From positions 8,979 to 72,978 of the forward strand of contig JANOQV010000149.1 of assembly GCA_031414955.1 (NCBI GenBank): a DNA stretch of 64,000 nucleotides, read 5' to 3'. Source of the DNA: Pedosphaera sp. Its GTDB lineage: Bacteria > Verrucomicrobiota > Verrucomicrobiia > Limisphaerales > SIBH01. This document shows positions 25,750 to 37,000 of the stretch, piece by piece. Every line of letters starts with the position of its first letter. The stretch's first letter is position 1. Under the pieces are notes generated by a model. That model ran no database searches. It saw only the letters and a list, made by a program, of their open reading frames with translations, and was not told the DNA's origin. Position numbers and translations under genes: made by a program.

Positions 25750-27414
25750 TCAGCGTGGGTTGCGCGAATTACTGGCTGGTTTCTTTCGATACATCGCGGA
25801 GACGGCATGTTCGTCGAGCAGGTTGCCCCAGATGCCGCCGATTTCATCCGGGCGGTAAAGATTGATTCCCTTTTCGTGAAAGATCGGCACGAGCGGCACG
25901 TCATCGCGCACCAGAATCGTCTCGGCTTGCTTGAGCAGCGCGGCGCGCTTTTTCACATCCACCTCGGCGTTGGCCTCGCGGATCAGCGAATCATAGCGCG
26001 CGTTGCTCCAGCCGGTGCGGTTGTTGCCGTTGTTGGACATGAACAGGTCGAGAAAAGTGTTGGGGTCATTGTAGTCGCCAATCCAACTGCTGTAGGAAAC
26101 GTCGAAGTTGGTCCGGCCTTGCTCCAAGAGATAGACCTTCCACTCCATCTGTTGAATCTCCATGTGAATGCCCAGTTCCTTCGCCCACATTTCCTTCAGC
26201 TCGATGGCGATGTGCGATTGCAGAACCATGTTCGGCATCAGGTAACGAAAGATCGGAAAACCCTTGCCACCTGGATAGCCGGCCTCGGCGAGCAGCTTGC
26301 GCGCAGCCTCGGGATTGTAGGGCAGCCCCTCCGGCCCCTCGTAGCCGCGCGTGCCGGGCGGCGTCATGCCAGTGGCGAGCCGTTCGCCCCCGCGTGAAAT
26401 ACCCTCAATGATGCGCCGTCTGTCCACGGCCAGGCCGAGCGCCCGGCGCACGCGCAGATCATTGAAGGGCGGGCGCGTGATGTTGTAGCGGTAGAAGAAC
26501 GTGGCCAGCACCTCGAAGCCGTGGAAATAAGGCTCCTCCCGGAGTTTGTCCATCAACTCGGAGGGCATGCGGCGTTTGTCGAAAATCAGGTCGGCATCGC
26601 CTTGCAGGAAAATGTTCAGGCAAAAATTTGGATCGTGCTGCGGAAGAAAATCCACGGTGTTCACTTGGACGTTCGCGGCGTCCCAGTAGCGCGGATTCTT
26701 GACCACGCGGATGCGATCATTGACGCGCCAGAGCTGAAGCGTGAACGCGCCGCTGAAGGGCGTGCCGGGCGCGCGCACCCAACGGTCGCCGTGCTTTTCG
26801 ATGGCCTGACGCGGGACGACCGCGAGCGTGCGAAAGGCGCACAGATCGGGAAAGAACGCGGTCGGGGCGACGAGTTCAACCCGCAGCGTGCGATCATCCA
26901 GCGCCCGCACGCCCATGTCTTCGCCGGTATAGCGGCGGCCGGTGGCGGGGTTGGTCTGGCCGGTGCAGTAGGCCTCGGCGTTCTTGATGTAGAAAAGCTG
27001 GCCCGCGTAATCGGCGGCGGTTTCAGGCGCGGCGGCGCGACGCCAGGACCAGACGAAATCGTGAGCGGTAATCGGCTCACCCGTGGACCAGAGCGCATTG
27101 CTGCGAATGAAAAACGCATAGACCAGTCCATCGGTGGATTTCTCGTAGCGCTCGGCGATGGCGGGCACGGGTTCGCCGGTCTCGGGATGAAATTGCAGCA
27201 AGCCCTCGAACAAGGAAGACGCGGCCCGCCCATCCGGCTGCCCGCTGAGGATGGCCGGATCGAGCGACTGCGGTTCCGCGCCATTCACCAGCACGAGATC
27301 CGCACGCGGTTCCCGGCGCGAGCAGGCAGAAGCAAAGAGCAGGGTGGAAGCTGCGATGATCGAAAAGCAAAACGCCCTCCGCCGGAGCAGGAGGGCGTTC
27401 GCAAACCGAATCAT
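25750..27414 (-). CDS. oppA: peptide ABC transporter substrate-binding lipoprotein (OppA-like)
   Basis: lipobox ASAC; EPQSLDP, LFEGL, ITAHDFVWSWRR, VRRAL, WIGDYNDP. Confidence 0.9.
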   Translation of the reverse strand: MIRFANALLLRRRAFCFSIIAASTLLFASACSRREPRADLVLVNGAEPQSLDPAILSGQPDGRAASSLFEGLLQFHPETGEPVPAIAERYEKSTDGLVYAFFIRSNALWSTGEPITAHDFVWSWRRAAAPETAADYAGQLFYIKNAEAYCTGQTNPATGRRYTGEDMGVRALDDRTLRVELVAPTAFFPDLCAFRTLAVVPRQAIEKHGDRWVRAPGTPFSGAFTLQLWRVNDRIRVVKNPRYWDAANVQVNTVDFLPQHDPNFCLNIFLQGDADLIFDKRRMPSELMDKLREEPYFHGFEVLATFFYRYNITRPPFNDLRVRRALGLAVDRRRIIEGISRGGERLATGMTPPGTRGYEGPEGLPYNPEAARKLLAEAGYPGGKGFPIFRYLMPNMVLQSHIAIELKEMWAKELGIHMEIQQMEWKVYLLEQGRTNFDVSYSSWIGDYNDPNTFLDLFMSNNGNNRTGWSNARYDSLIREANAEVDVKKRAALLKQAETILVRDDVPLVPIFHEKGINLYRPDEIGGIWGNLLDEHAVSAMYRKKPASNSRNPR

Positions 27415-27423
27415 CGGCGGCAG

Positions 27424-27813
27424 CTATTTGGGCGTGGGCGCAGCCGGAGCCTTGAAGTCCAACCCATTCGTCTTCGGCGTCTCGGGGGCCGCCGGAGTAA
27501 CGGTGGCGGGCGGCGCGGATGTGATGGCGAGCATCCGTTTCTGCAGGTCACTGCCGCCGCCGCTCTTGTTCAGAACATTGCCCATCAAGGTAAGTGTGAT
27601 GGCGAGCAGAAAGAAAATACCCGCACCCCACTTGGTGGCCTTGGTCAGCACGTTGCCGGAACCGGCTCCGAAGAGCGCGTCCGTGGCTGCGCCTCCAAAG
27701 GCCTGCCCCATGCCAGCCTCTTTCTTCGGCAATTGAACAAGCACGAGCAGAATCAGGAAAAGGCAGTCGAGCACCAGCACGGCGGTCAGGAAATAAATAA
27801 AAAATGTAAGCAT
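27424..27813 (-). CDS. secG: preprotein translocase subunit SecG
   Basis: LILLVLVQ..K..GMG.AFGG...LFG...GNVLTKAT; position downstream of tpiA. Confidence 0.93.
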   Translation of the reverse strand: MLTFFIYFLTAVLVLDCLFLILLVLVQLPKKEAGMGQAFGGAATDALFGAGSGNVLTKATKWGAGIFFLLAITLTLMGNVLNKSGGGSDLQKRMLAITSAPPATVTPAAPETPKTNGLDFKAPAAPTPK

Positions 27814-27819
27814 AGTTTT

Positions 27820-28587
27820 CTAAATCGAGTTCTTAACAATGTCCGCAAAACTTCGCACTTCCAAGGCCGCCCCGCCGACGAGCGCGCCGTCCACATCGGG
27901 CAGCGACATCAACTCCCGCGCGTTGGCCGGCTTGACGCTGCCACCGTATTGGATGCGCACCTTGCGGGCAACGGTGTCGTCAAACATTCTCGCCACTTGC
28001 GCGCGGATGAAGGCATGGGCATCCTGGGCCTGTTGCGCCGAGGCCGTCTTGCCCGTTCCGATGGCCCAGACCGGCTCATAGGCGACGACCGTTTCAACCA
28101 TCTGTTCCTTGGTCAACCCGGCCAGGCTGCCCTGGACTTGAGTCTCCAGAACCTTCTCCATCCGGCCCGCCTCGCGCTCGGTGAGGGTCTCACCGACACA
28201 GACAATCGGCTTCAGGGCGGCGGCGTGAGCTGCGCGGGCTTTCCTGGAAATCAGTTCATCGCTCTCAAGTTGGAACGAGCGGCGCTCGGAATGACCAAGG
28301 ATGACGTAGCGCACGGAAAACTCCTTAAGCATCACCGCCGCGATTTCACCGGTGAAGGCACCCACGTTGTGCTCGCTCATGTTCTGGGCGCCGAGGGCAA
28401 TGTTCTTGGAGGCGAGGATCGCCTTGGAGACATCGCTGAGCGCGGTATAGGGCGGGCACACCACGATGTCGGCGTCCTTAACCTTGGCCAACTCCCGGGC
28501 CAAGCCGTTCACAAGATCGATGGACTCGGCCACCGTCTTGTTCATCTTCCAGTTGCCGGCGATGATCAGCTTGCGTTCTTTTTCCAT
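27820..28587 (-). CDS. tpiA: triosephosphate isomerase
   Basis: AGNWKM, GHSERR, AYEPVWAIGTG, YGGSV. Confidence 0.98.
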   Translation of the reverse strand: MEKERKLIIAGNWKMNKTVAESIDLVNGLARELAKVKDADIVVCPPYTALSDVSKAILASKNIALGAQNMSEHNVGAFTGEIAAVMLKEFSVRYVILGHSERRSFQLESDELISRKARAAHAAALKPIVCVGETLTEREAGRMEKVLETQVQGSLAGLTKEQMVETVVAYEPVWAIGTGKTASAQQAQDAHAFIRAQVARMFDDTVARKVRIQYGGSVKPANARELMSLPDVDGALVGGAALEVRSFADIVKNSI

Positions 28588-28614
28588 TGGGTAGAGTGCG
28601 GAGTTAGGATTGAA

Positions 28615-29874
<1,260 letters not shown>

Positions 29875-29890
29875 AAGAAACAGGGGAGAG

Positions 29891-29918
29891 AGAATATCGA
29901 ATGAGAATTTTGAGTCAA
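29891..29918 (-). promoter_or_regulatory. sigma70-like promoter of pgk-tpiA-secG
   Basis: TTGACT-N16-TATTCT, 16 nt upstream of the pgk ATG. Confidence 0.6.
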
Positions 29919-30077
29919 AAGGAATTCCGTCCTTTGGAGGACGCGCGCCGTGCGTCGGTTTGAAAATGGCGGAACGGCGCTTGCCTTGCCGGACAAAATG
30001 AAGCACACCAGTTCCATCATAAACGCGGGGCGGCCAAACCCTGACCCAAGAGCGACAAGGCCTGCTCCGCCGATGAC

Positions 30078-30941
30078 ATGAGTGGTCCGAACACATCAAT
30101 CCGGTCCAGCCGCGCGCTCCTGATGGGGCTGGTGACCGCGCTAGCGGTGGTCTTGATCATTGTCGGTGCCTGGCTCTTTCGTGACCGGTGGCGGGGTGGA
30201 GTCGGAACATCCCCGGATCTGAAGGCCAGCATCCGTAAATTTTTGCGAAAGGAATCCGGCGTCAAAGTCTTTTCCCTGCCGTCAGAACCTCCTGCGGGCG
30301 AAATCATTTCTGCCGTCACGAACAACCCCACTTCCACGACCAACAAGTCGGGCCGAGTTCGCACGGCCAAAGTCGCCCGGCTGGGTCTGCCTGGATCAGC
30401 CTGGTCAGCCTACTTTCGCGCCGAACAAGAGCAGGCCACCACCTATCAGGACATGTACCGGCTCATCGGGCAGCAGTTGGCCCAAACCGACCGGTTGCTC
30501 ACGAATGCCAGTGCGCAAGAGCAAATCACGGGGCTGTTCCTGGCCGGCGAAGCCAGCGCCTACGCCCGCACCAATACGGTGAATCCCTGGCTCGGAGCGC
30601 GTATCTGCGAAGCCTACCTTTGGCCCAACCTCAGGCTGGTGGAGACGAACAAGAGCGGCCAGTTCGTTTCCGACTCGCTGCTCAATCTCTGTGATGTCGC
30701 CTTCAAGGAGGCGGGCGAGACCAACAACATCATCAAGAATTACGAGCTGCTGATCGCCCAGAGCGCCCGCACGGCGCAGGCCGACATCCTGCATTACCGG
30801 CTCGGGCGCCTCTACATGGACATGGGTGAGAATCAAAAAGCGTTGATCCAGTTCCAGCAGATCAAGAGCCGGACGGCGCGCATGGATCGGGATCTCAACG
30901 CTCTTCAAGTGCTTCTGGGCGCGGCCAAGTCCAAGCCCTGA
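30078..30941 (+). CDS. membrane-anchored hypothetical protein with a C-terminal TPR-like motif
   Basis: N-terminal TM helix; ILHYRLGRLYMDMGENQKALIQFQQI. Confidence 0.75.
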   Translation: MSGPNTSIRSSRALLMGLVTALAVVLIIVGAWLFRDRWRGGVGTSPDLKASIRKFLRKESGVKVFSLPSEPPAGEIISAVTNNPTSTTNKSGRVRTAKVARLGLPGSAWSAYFRAEQEQATTYQDMYRLIGQQLAQTDRLLTNASAQEQITGLFLAGEASAYARTNTVNPWLGARICEAYLWPNLRLVETNKSGQFVSDSLLNLCDVAFKEAGETNNIIKNYELLIAQSARTAQADILHYRLGRLYMDMGENQKALIQFQQIKSRTARMDRDLNALQVLLGAAKSKP

Positions 30942-31051
30942 ACGGCTTTCCCTCTCGAGACACTCTGGATTACCTCATGGAATTGATGTGACACCCGTCC
31001 GGGAATTCTGTACCAACGCTCCTGTTTCCCAAAACAAACACGCCCTGCGTT

Positions 31052-34000
31052 ATGAATGCCAAAAAACTCTTGTGCTCGCTCGTCCTCCTCTTTCTTTGCG
31101 CCTGCTTCGCCCACGCGGCGGACAACGTCCTCATCACCGAGTTCCTGGCCGCTAATGACGGCACCCTGCGCGATGAAGATGACGACGCGGAGGACTGGAT
31201 CGAACTGCACAACGCCGGCACCAACACGGTGAACCTGCTGGGCTGGTTTCTCACCGACAACGTCGCCCAGTTGACCAAGTGGAGTTTCCCCTCCACCAAC
31301 CTGCCACCCAACGCCTACCTGATCGTCTGGGCCTCGAGCAAAAACCGCCGCGTGCCGGGCGCGCCCTTGCACACCAACTTCCGGCTCAACAATGGCGGCG
31401 AATATCTCGCCCTGGTGCGGCCTGATGGGGTGACGGTCGCGTCCGCCTTTGCCCCGGCCTTCCCGGTGCAGGTCGAGGGCGTGGCTTATGGCATCACCAC
31501 CATCCAGACCAATGTCACTTTGCTGCCCACCGGCGCGCTGGCCCGCGTGCTGGTGCCGACCGATGGCTCGCTCGATCCAATCTGGATCACGCCGGGGTTC
31601 ATCGACACGTCGTGGGCGCCGCTGCCCACCGGCGTGGGCTTCGAGACGGATGGGCTGGTGCCGTTCGTGCCGGTGACCAATGCGAACTCCGTGACGGAAT
31701 TCTCCGGCGTGCAGGGCCAGAACAACTGGTGGTACGGTTACTGGGACAAGGATGCGGACGCCAACGGCCAGTATTCCGACGCCGACTTCGTGGCCTTTCC
31801 CAGCGGCGGCGGCGGATGGAACCCGGGCAATTACTGGACCGGCTCGATCTGGGACTGGTTCGCCGGCGATCCGCCGTTCACGCAACTGACCAGCCAGGGC
31901 GGACGGCCCAGCGCCGAGAACGGCATCACCTCGCGGCCGGTGCATTGGGCGGTGCGCCGCTACGTGAATGAGTTCGACGGGCCCATCACCATCAGCGGCA
32001 CCATCACCCATACCAGCGACTGGGTTTATGTGACGCAAACCGGCGTGGCCGGGACCGGACTGCTCTACCTGTATCTGGACGGCGGCGGCGAGGGCTACAT
32101 CGACGACGTGAAGGTCGTCTTGGGATCGGTGCCCGAATCAGGGGCCAACTTGATCACCAACGGCGACTTTGAAACCGGTGCGATCACGCCGTGGACCACC
32201 ACCGCGAACACGGCCGGTTCCGCCGTCACCACCGCCTTCAAACACGCCGGCGCGCGTAGCCTGCGGCTGGCCACCGTGCAGGCCGGCTCGACGCAGGGCG
32301 ATTCCGTCTGGCAGCCCTTCACCGTCACGGTCGGCGCGACTTACTCCTTGAGCTACTGGTTCCTGCCGGTGCCGAACAATCCCGCCGGCACGGTGCGCGC
32401 GTCCGGTTCCTGGTTCAACACCTCATCCCGTTCAGCGGGCGACGGCACGGTGGCGCGCATCTTTGTCGATGGCGTTCAGGTCCATCAGCAAACCGCCTAT
32501 GTCTCGAGCAACACCTACTCGGTCACGGTGCCGGCCCATCTCGGATCGAAGATTGACCTCGCCCTCGACGCCGGGGCCGCGAACCACGACCTCGGTGACT
32601 TGACGGTCTTCACGGCCACGATCGCCACGGGGAATCCGCTCATCACCTCCGTGGCGGATGCTGCGGCGGACTGGTCGTTCAGTGGCGTGCAGGGAGAGAA
32701 GAACTGGTTCCAAGGCTACTACAACAAGAACACCGACCCGGACTTGATCTATCAGGCCACCAACTTCATTGCCTTCCCGCGCAACAACGGCCCCCACGGC
32801 TCGAACAATTTCTGGGACGGCCAGGAGTGGGACTGGCCGAGCGGCGATCCGCCCTTCGACAAGATCGGCCAGTACTGGATGATCCCCAACGGCACCAACA
32901 GCGGCGCGCATCACTGGACCATCCGCCGCTGGGTCAGCGAAGTGGCGGGCGACGTGACCGTGACCTGGTCGGCCTTGAAGGAGTATCCCGATCAAAACAA
33001 CAGCGGCGGCGGCGGAGTGAACGTGCGCGTGCTGCACAAGGGCGTGCAGCGTGACTCGGCCTTCATCGCGGGCGGCGATACGGTGGGCGTGCAACGCAGT
33101 CTCACCCTCACCAACGTGCAGGTCGGCGACGCCATCGACCTCGCTTTGGACCCGACCGATGGGAACGGCGTCTCGGACGATGACACGGATCGCACCTTGG
33201 TCACGATTTCGATGCGCGGCTCGCCCAGCCTGACCAGCCTTATCACTTCGGGCATCGCCGGCTCGATGCTGGGCGTGAATGCGTCGGCCTATCTGCGCCT
33301 GCCTTTCAACGTCACGGATGCCTCCGTGCTCAACGTGCTGACGCTGCGGATGAAGTTTGACGACGGCTTCGTGGCTTACTTGAACGGGGTGGAAGTGGCG
33401 CGCTTCAACACGCCGCTGACTGTGGCCTGGGATTCCAGCGCCGCGTCGGCCCGGCCTGATTCGGACAACAACGAGTGGACGGAATGGAATCTCACTTCGT
33501 CGCTCGGCCTACTGCACAACGGCACGAACGTGCTGGCCATCCAGGGTCTGAATGTGGACATGGACGACGGCGATTTCCTGATCCTGCCCGAGTTAATCGC
33601 CGCGACCGCGACGTTTGACCTCGGCTCGCCGCGCTACTTCGTGCTGCCGACGCCCGGCGCGCCCAACGGCACGGGCAACACCAATCTCGGTCCAGTCATC
33701 ACCGACGTGTCCCATTCGCCGTCCGTTCCGTTGGACCACCAGAATCTCTACGTCACGGCGCGAGTGGCCCCGACATTTTATCCGGTCGCTTCGCTCAGCC
33801 TCATCTACCGCGTGATGTTCAGCAACGAAGTGACGATTGCGATGTTCGACGACGGCGCGCACGGCGACGGCCTCGCGGCGGATGGCGTGTTCGGCGCGTT
33901 CATCCCGGCGGCGGCGGCCGGGCCGGGCGAGTTGCTGCGCTACTACATCTTTGCCACGGATTCCCAGGCGAACCCTTCGCGCTCTCCGAGCTTCCTCGAA

Positions 34001-37000
34001 CCCAAAAATTCTCCGCAGTATGAAGGCACGGTGGTCATCAATCCCGGCCTGACCAATCCGCTGCCGGTCATGCAGCTCTTCGTGCTGGATCAGGTGGCGG
34101 CCACGAACTACGCCGGCACGCGCGGGACGATTTTCTGGGACGGGGAACTGTTCGACAACATTGAGGTGAGCGCGCACGGCCAGACGACCTGGTTTGTGTT
34201 TCCCAAGCGCAGCATGAACTTCAATCTCAACAGCGGCTACAAGCTGCGCCCGCATCCCGGCTGGTCACGCGTGAAAGCCTTCGACCTGCTCACCACCGCC
34301 GCCGACAAGGCTTATCTGCGCATGTCGCTCGGCTTTGAAACTTTCCGCAACGCCGGCGTGCCCACGCACGACGCCTTCCCGGTGCGGCTCCAGCAAAATA
34401 ACGCCTTCCACAGCGTCATGCACTTCGTGGAACAGGCCAACGAGGACTTCCTCGAGCGCAACGGACTCAGCCCGACCGGCGCGCTTTACAAGATCTACCT
34501 CCAGTTGACCGACGCCTACACTGGGGCCAAGAAGCTGACGCGCAAGAACGAGCCAAACGACGATCTCCAGGCTCTGCTCAACGGGCTGGACTTAAACCAG
34601 CCGGCCGCCGAGTTCCGGGCCTACATGTTCGACAACATGGACATCCCCGAGGTGATCAACTTCATGGCCACGATCCAGCATGTGCAGAACGAAGACTGCT
34701 GCGGGAAGAACTTCTTCATGTATCGCGACACCGCCGGGAACGGCGAGTGGCAGTTGCTGCCGTGGGATCTTGATCTGACTTTCGGACGCGTGTTTACCGC
34801 CTGGCAGCAGGTCGGGACCAACCTGACCGGCGGCTATTACAACACCAACCTCTACGCGCAGAACCTCTACTACTCGCAGGCCCGCAACGCCTCCGACTAC
34901 ATCGGGGTCGGCACGCACCTGCCCAATGCCATCCTCTCCTGGTCGGACACGCTCGCCATGTTCTATCGCCGCTGGACGACCATCATGGAGGAGATGTTGC
35001 AAAAGACCGGGACGCACCCGCTGGCCTTGAAGCTGGAGAACCGGCTCGATGAATACGCCGCCCAGATCGCGCCGGACGCCGCGCTCGATCTGCTCAAGTG
35101 GCGGCCCATGAACCCGCCCGCGTTCCTGCTCGATCAAACGCTGCCGCAGGCCGTGTCGCTGATGAAGACGAGCTACTTCGCGCCGCGCCGGCCGTGGATC
35201 TTCAACACGCTGGCCTTCGCCAACAACGGTCCCTACGTCGGCACCCAGCCGAGCAACGCGGTCATTAACTTCGGCGTCATCGAGTTCAACCCCGCCTCCG
35301 GCAATCAGAGCCAGGAGTACTTCACGCTCCTCAACCCCAACAGCTACGCGGTGGACATGTCCGGCTGGAAACTCAGCGGCGCGTTGGAGCACACCTTCAA
35401 GGGCGGCGTGGTCCTGCCTCCCGGCGGCGTGCTCTACGTGTCGCCGGACGTGAAGGCCTTCCGCGCCCGCACCACCGGCCCCTCCGGCGGACAGGGCTTG
35501 TTTGTGCAGGGCAATTACAAAGGCAGTCTCTCGACGCGCGGTGAGTCGCTTCAGTTGGTGGACAACACCGGACGCTCCGTGGCCGCGACGAATTACACCG
35601 GCACGCCCAGCCTGGCGCAACAATACCTGCGCATCACCGAGATCATGTATCACCCCGCGCCGCCGCCGCCGGGCCTGAGCACCAACGCCGACGAGTTCGA
35701 GTTCATCGAGTTGAAGAACGTCGGGCCGGCCCCGCTCAGCCTGATTGGAGTGAGGTTGACCAACGGCGTGTTCTTCAACTTCACCGGCAGCGGTGTCACC
35801 AACCTCCTGTCCGGCGCGAATGTGGTGGTGGCGCGCAACCTCGCGGCCTTCACCTCGCGCTACGGCGGCGGCGTCCCGGTCGCCGGGCAATGGATCGGTC
35901 AACTCGACAACAACGGCGAGACCATCCGCCTCGAAGACGCCGCCGGGGAAAAGGTTCTCGAGTTCGCCTACAACAACACTTGGTACCCGATCACGGACGG
36001 CGAGGGCTTCTCGCTCGTCATCGTGAACGAGAACGCCGCGTGGGACACCTGGGGCTTGAAGGAGAGCTGGCGGCCCAGCAGCCGCGAGCGTGGTTCGCCC
36101 GGCACGAACAATCCGGCCTTCGATCTCATCGCGCCCATCCGGATCAATGAGCTGACCTCGCACACCGTGCCGCCCGCGCTCGACACGGTGGAACTCTACA
36201 ATCCCGCCGGCACGAACGTGGACATCGGCGGCTGGTTTCTGACCGATGACTTCCTCAGCCCGCGCAAATATCGCATCCCGAACGCGACCATCATCACGGC
36301 AGGCGGGCGCCTGCTGCTCAACGAAGATCAATTCAACCCGACCAATCCGCCCTCGCCCACCGGCTTCGCCTTCAGTTCCACCGGCGACGAGGTCTTTCTG
36401 TTCTCGGCCACCACGGCGGGCGACCTGACCGGATACTATCACGGCTTCGACTTTGGTGCGGCGGCGGCGGGCGTATCATTCGGCCGCCATGTGACCAGCG
36501 TGGGCGCGGAACATTTCGTGGCCCAAACCTCCCTCACGCTGCCCGGAGTCAACGCCGGGCCGAAGGTTGATTCCATCGTCATCACCGAGATTCATTACCA
36601 TCCGCCGGACCTCGCGGGCGGGGAGGACAACTCGGACGACGAATTCATCGAGCTGAAAAATCTTCAGCCCACCAGCACGCCGCTGTTTCATGCGGGCTTC
36701 GCGACCAACACCTGGCAGGTGCGCGGCGGAGTGGACTTTGATTTCCCGACCAACGTGACGCTGGCCGGGAGCGGCTACCTGCTGCTGGTGAACTTCAATC
36801 CCACCAACACGGCGCAGGCCGCTGCGTTCCGCGCGCGCTTCAACGTCCCCGTCGGCGTGCCGCTCTTTGGCCCCTACTCGGGCAAGCTGGACAACAGCAG
36901 CGGCTCGGTGCGCTTGCAGCGACCGGACGCGCCGCTGGCCGGTGACGTCCCCTACATCCTGGTGGACGCGGTGGATTACCTCGACGCCGCGCCGTGGCCA

